Source: Octopus vulgaris (lineage: Eukaryota). Taken from it: 64,000 nucleotides of DNA. The position numbers and the translations under genes are program-made. How positions within the stretch are numbered: position 1 is the stretch's first letter; each line of letters starts with the position of its first letter. Positions 25,924-39,599 of the stretch are shown one piece after another. The stretch spans positions 50,964,001 through 51,028,000 of the forward strand of contig OX597827.1 of the NCBI GenBank assembly GCA_951406725.2. Direction: 5' to 3'. Under the pieces are notes generated by a model. That model made no database searches. It was not told where the DNA came from and saw nothing but the letters and a program-made list of their open reading frames with translations.

Positions 25924-27394
25924 ATGTTCATCATTATAATTTTTACCATTTTTCAAAGCTGTTGTAAGACAGATTAATTTAACACTTGATATCCATACCT
26001 TTGCTGCTGTGCAATATCACTCTCATTACTCAACTTTTGCCCTAAAAGAGAAGTTTCTTGTTTCTCAATAGAGGCAACAACTCTATAAACTTTCTGACTC
26101 TCGCTAAATGCATACATACATAAATAAGAAAATTCATCCTTTCTCTTAACCTCCTGTGTGCATGCAAATATTTTAGCACGGCCATAAATTGCATGAATAC
26201 TGAGCAGAAGGGTGAAATGTCTTTGTTGTCCACTCTAAATCAATTCCTAGGTATAGTCAAACAAATATATCAATACATTCTGTTCAAAGATTGTATAAAT
26301 CAATGTAGAGCTGTTGAGAATTAATCAATAAGCTGCAATTTATCAACAAAATCAGTGGTCATTTTTAAGCAACACAATATCCCTTTCAAATCCAATAACC
26401 CAAATGTTTGTCTTGTAAAGTAATCTTGAGATTATACAAAGACAGTTTTAAGGGTAAGACAAACTGAACACAATAAGAATTTGGAAAGTTATTTACCATC
26501 AAAGTAACCTATTGAAACATTTCTGAAAAGGCTCATTTTGCAGAAAATATTAAATCCAAAATCTGAAAATGACAGATTAACCTATTAGAAGATTAACCCA
26601 TTTTAAGAAGTTCATAAAGTAATCTACTTCCTATTATTTGTAATCCACTTCCTATAATTTGTCAAGTCATATATCATTGTTGTTGTTTGTAGTTGTCCAC
26701 ATACTACACTAAATTATTGTTAATATCTCCATGGTATCAGCTGCTGGCAGAATATAATATCCACAATCTTCAAATATGTGTATGTGTGCATACAGACACA
26801 CATGATTTTTTAAGCACAAATGCTCCAGTAGTAGCTCATATTTAAATCACAGATCAAATATCCTTATGAAAATAAGATATCTGTCAATAAATCTTGACTG
26901 AGAAGACTACATACAATATTTTCTCACATTACATCATAAACGAAAGAAGTAACACATGTTAAATATAATTTAACAATGATTATGCTAAAAATGGTACCAC
27001 CATCACCAATTCTATTAGAAATAGTCAATGATCAGACTTTAAAGGGAAGTAAAACAATATTAATTCAAGATTGATATTATTTCTATTATTTGCTGGCCTT
27101 GAGCCAAAATTTGATACCAATATTATTTCCATTATTTCTGCAAATACAAGGAGATCGTGCTAGACATGTTTTGGTCTTATAAAACCTCTTCACTGAAAGA
27201 TAGACTTCACTGTACTTATTAACCTTGTGAGAATCCCTAAATAATTATACAAAGATCTACACCAGTTGGTGAAGAAAAATAGAAACTGAGACTGAATTAA
27301 TTAATTGATTTAGTTTACTATGGAAACTAAACAGGTATCACAACCTGATGAATAAATTTTAATGACAGCAGTTATACTAACTAGTAGTAAATTA

Positions 27395-27837
27395 GGATCT
27401 TTTTGGTTTGAACGGCAGTTTTTAAAAATAATTTCCATGTAACTAAACACTTTTAAACTTCATATACTGATAGAATGTGTTTATAAAACATCTTTTTCTC
27501 TTGGCTTTATTGAGAAAATTCTATAGTTTGTAAGATATTTGTTGTTTTTTTTTTTCTTCAATTTCTGCAATTTCAACCAATCAATGATGTCTATTTGAGG
27601 TGAAAACATTCTGTGCTGTATGAATATGTCCCTCGTTTAAGAAACAGATTGGGTTTATTTACATTTCTGAAGAAAAAAGATACCCTTCCCCCCACCCTAA
27701 CCCTAACCCTAACCCTAACCCTAACCCTAACCCTAAAACAGATTGAAATGCAATAGATTGATACTAGGGACATAATTATGGGTGACAATTTCATATGACA
27801 CCTCTAGAAAAAACTGCTGTTCAAACCAAAAAGATCT
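27395..27837. mobile_element. Non-autonomous TIR element carrying (CCCTAA)7
   Basis: About 30-bp TIRs GGATCTTTTTGGTTTGAACGGCAGTTTTTT / AAAAAACTGCTGTTCAAACCAAAAAGATCT and perfect 8-bp TSD gtaaatta. Telomeric hexamers at 27695-27736. Confidence 0.88.
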
Positions 27838-27886
27838 GTAAATTACATCAACCCTAATCATAAATTAAATTTAGTCATATACTATA

Positions 27887-28290
27887 GGCGCAGGAGTGGC
27901 TGTGTGGTAAGTAGCTTGTTTACCAACCACATGGTTCCGGGTTCATTCCCACTGCGTGGCACCTTGGGCAAGTGTCTTCTACTATAGCCTCGGGCCGACC
28001 AAAGCCTTGTGAGTGGATTTGGTAGACGGAAACTGAAAGAAGCCCGTCGTATATATGTATATATATGCGTGTGTGTGTTTGTGTGTTTGTGTTTGTCCCC
28101 CTAGCATTGCTTGACAACCGATGCTGGTGTGTTTATGTCCCCGTTACTTAGCGGTTCGGCAAAAGAGACCGATAGAATAAGTACTGGGCTTACAAAAGAA
28201 TAAGTCCCGGTGTCGAGTTGCTCGATTAAAGGTGGTGCTCCAGCATGGCCGCAGTCAAATGACTGAAACAAGTAAAAGAGTAAAAGAGAG
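27887..28290 (+). mobile_element. SINE family B, full length, young (CpGs retained)
   Basis: GGCGCAGGAGTGGCTGTGTGGT...GGTTCATTCCC head, CORE-like domain and AAAAGAG tail. Confidence 0.88.
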
Positions 28291-28855
28291 AGAGTATAGA
28301 AATTAAAAACAAGGTAGAACCTTTCTAAGTGCCAAGTAAATAAACAAATACACACATACAGTCAACTCTATGAAAATAAAACACCATAATTCATTACATA
28401 TCAAATCTAGAAGAGAACAAACACCAAAATCACAAGTAATGCCAGATGCTATAACTAGATATTTCTGAAAAAAAAAATTTTTGTCTATAAATTTACTTAT
28501 TCACAGGGAAATGTGTCCTAAAATGAGGAACCCGAATGGCTAGTCTCAAATTTATGTCCAGTTTTTTCAAAAATACTACAAAGTAATGCAAGAGGACCTC
28601 CATGAAATTACAGATACAAGAGAGAAATCATGTTTTCATCTGATAATCAGCAGATGCCAGACAGGACATAACAGAGTATTGGCAGATGGTTTGTAGCTGG
28701 TGCTGGTGGTGGTGGTGGCTGGTGTTAGCTTTAGAACAGATAGCAGACATGACAGAAAGTGAGAGAATTAAGCTTTAGAACAAATAATGGTCATGATGGA
28801 ATGTGACGGTGGTGGCTTTAGAGTAGATACCAGGTAAGACTATTTGATAATGGCA

Positions 28856-29089
28856 AAGGTGGCGAACTGGTAGAAACATTAGCGCGCCGGGCGAAATGCG
28901 TAGCTGTATTTCATCTGCCGTTACGTTCTGGGTTCAAATTCCGCCGAGGTCGACTTTGCCTTTCATCCTTTCGGGGTCGATAAATTAAGTACCAGTTGCA
29001 CACTGGGGGTCGATGTAATCAACTTAATCTGTTTGTCTGTCCTTGTTTGTCCCCTCTGTGTTTAACCCCTTGTGGGCAGTAAAGAAATA
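28856..29089 (+). mobile_element. SINE family A, full length
   Basis: 15-bp TSD tatttgataatggca at 28841-28855 and 29090-29104. Confidence 0.9.
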
Positions 29090-30054
29090 TATTTGATAAT
29101 GGCAGCATTACAATAAATAACAGACATTGGCAGAGTGTGCCAGTTGAAACTTTTACAGAAGGTAGCAGACATGCTAGTATGTAACAGTGGCTTGTATTTA
29201 CAAGGGTAATATCATGAAAACATTATTGCTGACCTTTGTTAGTCAAATAAAATTTCACTTCCAGATGGCATCAAGCATTAAAAAAACAATAAAATATTCA
29301 AAGAAATACAAATGAAGTTCAGAACAAGGTTTTGATAAGGAGTGAAGATAACTCAAAAGTAATCATACTGGATTAATATTATACAACTTTCTGAGCACAA
29401 TAAAAGAATAAAGCTTTATATCAACAAATAAGGATTAATAATTTTTTTTTTTTTCATTCTTGCAAGAAATACTGCTTCCACTGTTTATATCAATGTATCT
29501 TTATCTGTGATTGTGTGTGTGTGTGTGTGTGTGTTTATGCATGCATGTGCATACGAGTACTTTTTATTTGTCTTTTAGATGTGTGTGTGTGTGTGTGTGT
29601 GTACTGAAAAAGAAAAAAATATTTTTTAATGTATATAATTCACTTGACTCTTACTACATTTTTGCAAATGGATAGCATTTTTCTGCAAACGTAGGTTCTC
29701 CCTAAAAGACTGCATTCAGCAATTCTTGATTAGTTCTCACAACCTATTTATTTTTGTTGTCTATTTATTTTTATACAATTTTGAAGTTCCTTTTACAGTA
29801 AGTATCAAAGGATTTCCTCTTTCTTTTCTATGTTTACTTCTAGATATCTTACACTGTCATAGTTTTCCATCCCTATCATTGATATAACATAACTACAAAG
29901 GAACAAGTTTTTACACACACACACACACACACACAAGTATGGCTCTGTAGCTATGACATTTGCTTTGAAGAAACATAGTCTTCAATTCTTCCTTGCTGTG
30001 AGGCACCTTGGGCATGTGTTTCCTACTCTAGCTTCAGGTTTCATAATATGCATT

Positions 30055-30086
<32 letters not shown>

Positions 30087-30512
30087 CATACACACACATA
30101 TGAAGACATATGGCCTAGTGGATAGGGTGTTACACTCACAATTGCAAGATCCCGGTTTCAATTCCTAGACCAAGTGGTGCATTGAGGTCTTAAGCAAAAC
30201 ACTTCACCTTATGTTGCTTTGCAATCACTTCAACATTTGACTTGTGGTACACCATGCATCTGTTCAGGGATGAAGGGGGTGAGCTAATGTACAACAAAAC
30301 TATTCTCAACAAACTATTTTCAAACTCTGCACTTTTAAACACAAGTATTATAATTAAAAAAATAACAAAACCCTTACTTAAGAAACAGGTAATGCTTAAT
30401 GAGAGGGGAAAAGGCCCCTGTCTTTAAAATAATGCCTTGAGAATAAGTACTCACCCTTCCCATGCTAATATGGTAAAAATGGGCATAAAAGAATGAAAGA
30501 AAAATCAATATA

Positions 30513-31366
30513 CAGGGTATTTGAGCTAAATTTGGAAATTTGCATAATGGAAAAATAACACAATATCCAATCTAAAAATAAATGTATTTTTTAAAATATC
30601 GAAAAATATCAATTAGGTTTTGGCTGGGAGATAACTTTACTCAGAGTGGCTGCACTCAACTTCCACCAAGATGGTTCTGAAATCTGGCAAATGCGTTCTT
30701 CACTGTGTTGGGAAGATCTTCAAACACCTCATTGGTTTTGGCCACCAGCTTCACCTTGGTGTTGCAGGCAGAGTGGTTGGTATCTTTTTCAACCCACTGG
30801 GACTACAATCAAGGGAATTAGGAGGGCAGAAATTGGGGTTGGGGAAGTTGTAGAAATTCTCTGACAACCACATCTGACTCTTTCCAGAAGTGTAGAAGGA
30901 GCTGAATTCTACTACCACACATATAATCTCACGGCAGCAACCCTATCCTGCTAGGGTTTGACCACAGTCTCCAACAGCTTGACATAACCACTTGAATTGA
31001 GCCTAAGGCCCTGTTCAAAGATGTGGGGATGAATTCCAGCTCACTGACACATTCAGAATGTCTGCTGAGTCCTTTGTCATCTCTGTTGCAGCTGCCCTTG
31101 TCATGTCTTACAGCTTTTATAGTGTTCACAGAGCATTGAGCAGCAGTTATGATGTCTGCATTTTGATATTTAGCACAGATCACCATGATGCAAGGAACTC
31201 TTTTCCAATTTCAGATGACTTCCAGTCCTCCATGTCAGCTAACTTTTTCTCAACTACAACTTCAATCTTTATGCTTTCCAACACCATTGACAATTTATAA
31301 ATACATCAAACTGTTCCTGAAAAAAAGGAGACATAAAAGGACATCAAATTTAGCACAAACACCCCA
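30513..31366 (-). mobile_element. Decayed Tc1/maT-like DNA transposon
   Basis: TA-flanked imperfect TIRs CAGGGTATTTGAGCTAAATTTG / CAAATTTAGCACAAACACCCCA. Minus-strand remnants include IITAAQCSVNTIKAVR (HTH-like), LLETVVKP and FCPPNSLD. Confidence 0.75.
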
Positions 31367-31388
31367 TATGTATACACACCTATCTATG

Positions 31389-31421
<33 letters not shown>

Positions 31422-33285
31422 TTCGTTATTTTCTGCCTTTTTTTGCCATATACAGGTTACAAATTCTGTTTGTTTGTGGAGACTTTTTATTAGAAGAGGA
31501 AATAGTGATCAATTTTGGCTGCTATTTCTAATATTTTCGGTATGTGGTTTTGAGCAACTTGTTGCAATTAACCCTTAATTATAATTATTATAACCCTTAC
31601 CAAATATGGTCTTTTCCATACCGATAAATCTACTAGGTGAAATTGATTAATTTTATTAAATTAATTATATTCCACCCTTTATTGCATATATATATATATA
31701 TATTTACACAATATTTTGATGTATTGATACATAAATATGTGATATAGACAGTGTGGAAATAGAGAAAGATACAGAGTAAGAAAAAAAACCTGAAAAATAA
31801 ACAATGAGAAAGGGAAACAGGTGCATATATACAGGTACATAAAACAAACACATAAAAAAAAGTCCTGACGCATAAGAACATAATTTATATATTCTTATGT
31901 ATCCAAGGCATGCATGCACTTTTGCTATATCTGTTGAACTCTTTCAGTTGAACTTGATTAATACTTAATTTTCATTTCCAGAGAAATCTATTTTCTTGAC
32001 ATTTGAAATAGTGTTATTTAATTTTACTGAACAAAGATATTTAACAAAAATTATTTAACAAAAATATTCAACAAATTATGAAATTTAACTCTAACTTGAA
32101 AAGTTTGTTTAGAATCTAGTCTACATCACTATTGAAGAAATAAAATGTAAATGCAAATTGAAGATTGAAATGGTAAAGTATAAAAAGGGAAGAAAATAAT
32201 TCAACCCAAACCATGCTAAAGTGATACTGTAGAAACCAAGGGACGACTGTATACACGTATATGGATGCTGAGCATATGACCTTTGCAGATCCTCTGAGAC
32301 TCTTGAGAAGGATGCCATTAATGTTCTAGTAAATTGTTGCAGGTCAACATTTGCACAAAAGACATGGATGGGAAGGAGATTCCACCAGTTTTATAACACT
32401 TATCTCTGGCAACACATATACTTCACTCCTGAATCACCAAAAGCAACTAAATGGGTGACTAAAACCAGTCTTTTAGACCTGTTGTTGGGAAACTTAGGAT
32501 ACTGGGTTTTTGTTTTGTGTAGAGAATGTAAAAGAATGTAAAAGTCTAAAAGACTGGTTTTAGTCACCCATCTAGTTGTTTTTGGTGATTCAGGAGATAA
32601 GTGTTATAAAACTGGTGGAACTCTAGTTAGAGACCTCATTTGAAGTACAATAGCTTTCAAAGAAAGAGAATGTTGTGTGTTATGGAGTTAGTTGTATTGA
32701 GCAGTGGTGACATGGCAGTGGTCAGATGCCTTGATGAGTGTAGAGATGTTTACCATTTGCTAGACGTTAGGTTCCAAGTTGAGAAAGATATAAAGAATGA
32801 TAGGAGTGTATTGGTCTGAAATGGAAAGAGATGAAACAAGTTAGTACTAAGAATAGAGAATAAAAAACGGTTCAGAGGGCTGTCAGCAGGCAGAATCATT
32901 AGCACATGAGACTTAATGCTTAGCAGCATTTCCCATCTTTATGTTCTGAGTTCAAATTCTGCCAAGGTCAACTTTGCCTTTCATCCTTTTGGGGTTGATA
33001 AAATAAGTACCATTTGAGCACTGGGTCGATATAATCAACTTAACTCCCCACACTTGAACTTGGTGGCCTGGTACCAAAATTTGACATCAATATGAAAGAA
33101 TTCTGATTCTGCACTGATAGCATTGGTGTAAGATATGTGTGAGAGCCATGATGAGCTGTAAGCATTGACATTATCAAAGATGGTAACTTTGAAGAGAGGA
33201 GAATTGAGATATATATTCTCAATACAGGAGGTTCTATGACCAAAGAGTCTGCATCAAAGAGCCTGAGCCTATTTATATACATACA

Positions 33286-33320
<35 letters not shown>

Positions 33321-33354
33321 ATGCGTGTGCATGTGTGTGTGTGTGTGCATAAGC

Positions 33355-33512
33355 ATAGACATGGCTATGTAGTAAGCAGCTTGCTTCCCAACCACATGGT
33401 TCTGGGTTCAGTCCCACATTGTGGTACCTTGGGCAAGTGTCTTCTGCTATGGTTTTGAGCCAACAAAAGCCTTGTAACTGGATATGGTAGACAGAAACTG
33501 GAAAAAGCCTGT

Positions 33513-33605
<93 letters not shown>
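33355..33605 (+). mobile_element. SINE family B head followed by a long (TA)n
   Basis: Similar to the copy at 27887. (TA)n at about 33515-33606. Confidence 0.75.
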
Positions 33606-33609
<4 letters not shown>

Positions 33610-35867
33610 TAAATTTACAAAAAATAAAAGACAAAGACAGGTGAAGAAACAACAAGCAGATGTATTAGTTTAACGTTTGGGAAGAATGGAAAAGTATTCA
33701 CTATTTATATATGATATAAATGAGCAACAGTAGAGGTCACAAGATCACCCCTTGAAAGTTTTTTTTTGTCTTGCAAATACTTGGTGACCCTATCAGTGCA
33801 AGTGCCACTTAAAAGCAACCATTCCACACTGTAAAGTGGTTGGAGTTCAGAAGGGCATCCAACTGTAAAAACCTTGCCAAAACTGACCTCACCTGTGCTT
33901 GTGCCCCATATATAGCACTAAGTCCACTCTGCTGAGTTGTTGGTGTTAGGAAGGGCATCCAGCTGTAAAAATCCTGCCAAAACAGTTACAGAAGTCTGGT
34001 GCAGGCTTCTAAGGCAGATATTAAACAATGTTGATGATGATGATGATGATGATATATAGACAGACAGAGAGACAGAGACAGGAACAGAGAGACAGAGAGA
34101 GATGGTGATGAGCTTCTTTTAGTTTACATCTAACATAATAGAAGACACCTGCCCAACATGCCATGGAGTGGGACTGAACCCCGAAACCAGCAATCCGTTT
34201 GGGAAGCAAACTTCTTAATCACACACCCATATCTATGTATATGAGTGTAGGGGGGGGGCACGCATCTACTCACATAGAAATACAAATATATACTTGCATA
34301 CAAACACAAATGTATACTTATATAAATTTATAGTTATGTATAGATAAATGCATACATGTAAATATATATACATATGCTTTATATATGTAAAGATGCATGC
34401 ATATATGTATTTCTGTATATATGTATGAAGGTATGTATGTATGTATGTATATGTGTACATAAGTATATGCGGGTGTGTGTGTATATGTTTGTATATATGT
34501 ATTTATATATCAATATATATATGTATGTATATCTGTCAGTGTATATATGCTTGTATGTTTGTATTTATTTATTGATTGATTGATCGACTGATTGATTGAT
34601 TAATTGATTGATTGACAGGCAGACAGACAAACAGACAGATAGATAGATAGATAGATAGATAAATAGATTATGCACACATATACATACGTGCAATGTATAT
34701 TTTCACAGAAATATGTTTGAATTTATATTAATGAGAACATAGAATTAATGTTTCAAAATATTTCCTTTAACATTCACAAAAAATATTCCCTTTTCAAAGC
34801 AAAGAATCCCGCCAACTTTGAGAATGTTTTATTGACGCTAGTATACAATTACCACTTGCTGTTTGTGCATGACTGAACAAGAAGGCACTGCATCATTGCG
34901 TCTGCCAAGCTTACAAATCGATTCTTAACCATTGATTGAGAGTTTTAGGCAATTTTCTCTTGACTCACTTTTTGTAACAAGCATCACACACATACCAAAA
35001 ACCAGTGCTGGAACTCTTTGGAAAATGAAACCTTTCTCTGTATGAGATGGAACATGTTACTCACTGATTCGCAAACATATTTGTGTGTGTGTGTGCATGC
35101 GTGTGTGTGTGTGTGCATGCGTGTGTGTGTATGTGTGTGTATCTACTTGAGTATATGTCAATATGTGGTGTGTTAAGTAAAACTAAAATTGGATAAGAAT
35201 GATGTTAGATTAATGTAAATGGAATTTTTTTTCTTTAATTTTTTTCTTTTTTTCCTTGTAAAAAATATTCTAAAAAAATTGCAAGATGTATATTTCTGCT
35301 ATCACTGAGTCAGGTTGGTGCCACTTTAGACAATATTCACAGCAATACAGTATGGTAGACTTTTCTAATTTGAACCCATTCTGTGCAGGTTTTATAGGGC
35401 CCTCGCCATATGACATAATCATTTATCTGCACTCGTATGTGCCTGAGGTACATTATTTGAGGAACACTGATAGTTACTTATGCATGCAAGTCTCCCCTCT
35501 CAGTATGACCAATGTTTATCTAAGGACCAGGCTGTTAACTTGAGGCAATGCAGCTTGGCACCAGAATTATCACATGCATTCCTGATGGAGCACAAAGAAC
35601 CAGATCCAATACTTCAAACATATTTCACCATCCTCTCTAATAGTTCTGCCAATCTATCATCTTGGATTGATATTTTTTTTTATCAATCCAAAAAGGATGA
35701 AAAGCAGAATTGACCCCAGTAGGATTTGGACTTAGTGTGCAGAAAGTTGGAATAAATGTTGCAAGGAACACACTCAAATGGTCTAATGACTCTACCAATT
35801 CCTCACCTTCATCCTGATGATATCGAAGCAGAATATAACATCAACAAATAATGGTGGTTATTTACAT

Positions 35868-36303
35868 GAGGCAACATTCAAGTGTGATCATTACCAGCGT
35901 CACCTTACTGGCACTTGTGCCCATGCTAGTAGGGTGCCAAGAGCACCATCCGAGTGTGATTGTTGCCAGAGCAGCCAACTGGCACGTAAAAGGGCACCAT
36001 TCGAGCGTGATCATTACCAACATCGCCTTACTGGCACCTGTGTCAGTGGCATGTGTAAAAAGATTTGAGCAAGGTCATTGCCAGTACCGCCTGACTGGCC
36101 CCATGCCAGTGGCACGTAAAAAGCACCTACTACACTCTCGAAGTGGTTGGCATTAGGAAGGGCATCCAGCTGTAGAAACTCTGCCAGATCAAGATTGGAG
36201 CCTGGTGCAGCCGTCTGGTTCGCCAGCCCTCAGTCAAAATCGTCCAACCCATGCTAGCATGGACGGCGGATGTTAAACGATGATGATGATGATGATGATG
36301 ATG
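35868..36303 (+). mobile_element. RTE-type short repeat with internal tandem subunits
   Basis: Repeated CGAGxGTGATCATTxCCA...ACTGGCAC modules followed by the family 3' end and (GAT)n. Confidence 0.75.
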
Positions 36304-37579
36304 AACATTGAACTTCTCAACTTAGCGGACAAGAATTCCAATCTTGGCTAACTTTAGACTTATTGATCATTGGGTGACCCTTATCTATTTCTGCTTACGT
36401 TCCCATGTTCATCTGGAGAATACAGTTGTTACTAAATACCATTAAAAGAAATGAGATCAGGTATTGAATCAATGCAGTAGAAACTGCCTTTCGTAACCAA
36501 AGTATTTTACCAAACCTTAAAACTCAACACTGGCTTTAAGATACTTATTTAAACTTTATTGCTTATAACTTCTTTTCCTATTTTAACCATGCTGCCAGAA
36601 TGTTCTTGAGAGTCAACATTTGGTCATTGATTAGCCATTCTCTTATGTTTAGTTTCGATGATATTAAAGATAAGTTAAGAAAGAACAAGTTGTTAAAGCT
36701 TATAATTGTAAATATTAGATATATATTTGAGAGCAGGCATGGCTGTATAGTAAAGAAATTTCCTTCACAATCACATAATCCCTGATTTTATCTTACAATG
36801 AGGAACTTTAAGAAAGAGTTCCTACATTAACCCAAATCAACCAAAAGCTTGTGAAATTTGCTAGACAAAAATTATGTGAAAACTTGATGTTGATAAATAA
36901 GTACCAGATTAAGTACTTGGTGATGTCTCAGAAACACGGGAAGTTAAAACAGAAAAAAAACTATATGCTCTTTACTTCAGTTTCCATGTCAGTAATTTTA
37001 TTAAATACAATACTCAGTCATTCTATGATGTTATTGCTGTTTAACCATGGGTCTACATTCATCTAATAGATATAAGACCAAAACTGTTCCAGCCTTTCTT
37101 ATTTTAAGTCAGTAAAGTGTATTTGAAGGAATTTGGAGACATTTTGAATAAAAACTACATTTCTTTATGTCCTATTTCTTATCTAATCTAAGTATCTGTT
37201 TTACACTACTTTGTTTTCTTGTGAAGGTAGGGGCATGTTTTACTCTTAAGGAGAGAGATAATTTGACAAAGGAGCATACGTTCATACATTTGATTTCTTG
37301 ACCGGAAAACAAGCAGATATTTGTAACCATATTTCTATATCTACATGTTCAAGAGTATATCTGGAATGTAAATGGCTCTCTATATAAGAATACACATAGA
37401 TAGTATAAATGGGAAATACCAAACCTCATTGGCAGAAACTTCTGTGCAATAATATTTAAATAATATTTAATGTTAATTTGAAATTCATGATATTCCTTTT
37501 AAGAATTTCACTAAAGGAATTGGTTTTTCACCTCAGATTCTGCAAAATCTGTTTCTTAACTTTAACAATAAGCCAAAGT

Positions 37580-37965
37580 ACAGGCACATTCAAAAAGTAT
37601 TCAACTTTATTTTTCTCACCAAAACTAATTCCACATGGGCAAAATCTTTTGGATGGGAGGTCACAACACCCTTCCTGCACATAGGGAAGAATTTTTGTGC
37701 CAGTAGGTTGCATGGATTTCTGACTGTTTTCCTAGAGTACAGGCGTGCAGTGCACACTCATCAGATTTTTGTCTTTATGCAATATGCACGAACACATGGA
37801 GCAGAGACTTGAACTCATTTGTCTCATTACCAATGATGATGGTCTTCATGAAGTCTGGTTTGCACAGTTCAACATGTTCTGAGTGATTTCCATATATATG
37901 TAAAATATATCAGGAAATGAAGAACAATGGTGGCCAAATCACTGCTCACAAACTCCTAACTTACA
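37580..37965 (-). mobile_element. mariner-like remnant
   Basis: TA|CAGGCACATTCAAAAAGT terminus. Minus-strand FMKTIIIGNET resembles the mariner motif IITGDET. Confidence 0.45.
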
Positions 37966-38491
37966 GCTTAACTCTTCTCTCTTGTATCATAACCAGTTGC
38001 CTTCCTCTCTTTTTCGCTGAGTAGGATTATATTATGTTTCTGTTGTGCCAACAACTGTGGACAACCAATGTTGGTTTGCTCATATCTCCATAACTTAATG
38101 GTTCGCCAAAAAGAGGCAAATACACACACACACACATAATATACATATACATATATATATACGGCTTCCATGCCGCTGGGACATTAAAAGCTCCAACCGA
38201 TTATGGCCGATGCCGGACCCCCCTTGGCACCTGTGCAGGTGGCACGTAAAAAGCACCCACTACACTCGCGGAGTGGTTGGCGTTAGGAAGGGCATCCAGC
38301 CGTAGAAACTCTGCCAGATCAGACTGGAGCCTGGAGCAGCCCCTGGCTTCCCAAACCCCAGTCAAACCGTCCAACCCGTGCTAGCGTGGAAAACGGACGT
38401 TAAACGATGATGATGATGATGATGATGTATTATGTTTATGTTAAACATATTATACCAATATATTTTATATGTATATACATATATATCTATG

Positions 38492-38530
<39 letters not shown>

Positions 38531-39599
38531 CACACACACACACATGCACAAACACACACACATACACATTTATATAGCACAGTATTATACATCCATTTCA
38601 GCCTACTTTACCAATTGGTTTCTTACATGAGTGCTTGGAAAAAATCAATCTTGGCATTCATGAAAAGGGCTGTTAGGAAAAGTGTGGTGGAGGCTCTAAT
38701 GATTACATTTATGGTGTGGTTCACTAATATCCAAGTACGTATCTCTATTCATGTGGGCAAGATCAGAAATTTTCACATTTACAGATTAGATAGGTATCCA
38801 GGTTAAGAGAGTTCTTTAGTATCATCCTTTTCTCTACATTGGTAGAGAAAAGAGCCTGCAACACATACTGCTATTTACACTTGTTCACACATACTCACTT
38901 ACAAACACATAACAAGTGTGTGTGTGTGTCTCTCATTCTCCATTACCTTCAGTACATGTCTTAGACTATAATTTTGAAAAGTACAAAATGTATTCTACTA
39001 CCTAAATATTTTTTTTTTCATAGAAGGGGAAACTTATTTCCCAAGTGTTACATATAATGGAGATATTACAGAAATTTACTGATATGATGGAAATATTCAA
39101 GATTGCAAGTACAGATAATATTTCCCTGTTTAAAATATTACTAGTACCTATATTTCTATGATACATTCATAATAATTAAATTAGACATATTGTTCTGAAG
39201 TACCATCAAAATACTGCCCTGCAGTGAAACTGATATCAAATGGTATTATACCGTTCAACACAGAACGTAACATTGTTTTTTGTATGTCACTATTGGTAAC
39301 CAATAACTTTGCCATAATTGGTTTCCACTTAACTAATTTACCTGTTTAGTATTTCTGAAAGCAAGAATGACAAGAGTGTCAAATATTACAATGGCCCTTA
39401 CTCAAAGACCACCTGGTTTTCTGGGTTTTTTTCTTTTTACTATTGTATACGTCTTTTGACAATAAATCACTGCATATTGTGCCACTTGTGTGTTTATGTA
39501 TGTATGTATGTATGTATGTATGTATGTATGTATGTATGTATGTATATGTGTATGTATGTATGTATATATAGCTTGGGTCACTAAAGGATAACAAATGAT

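Noticed and set aside
27695-27736. Telomeric repeats as a chromosome end or fusion scar
   Set aside because: Only 7 units, enclosed in a TIR element with a TSD.
27887-27960. tRNA-like sequences at SINE heads
   Set aside because: They have A/B boxes but no complete cloverleaf, and they continue into SINE bodies and tails.
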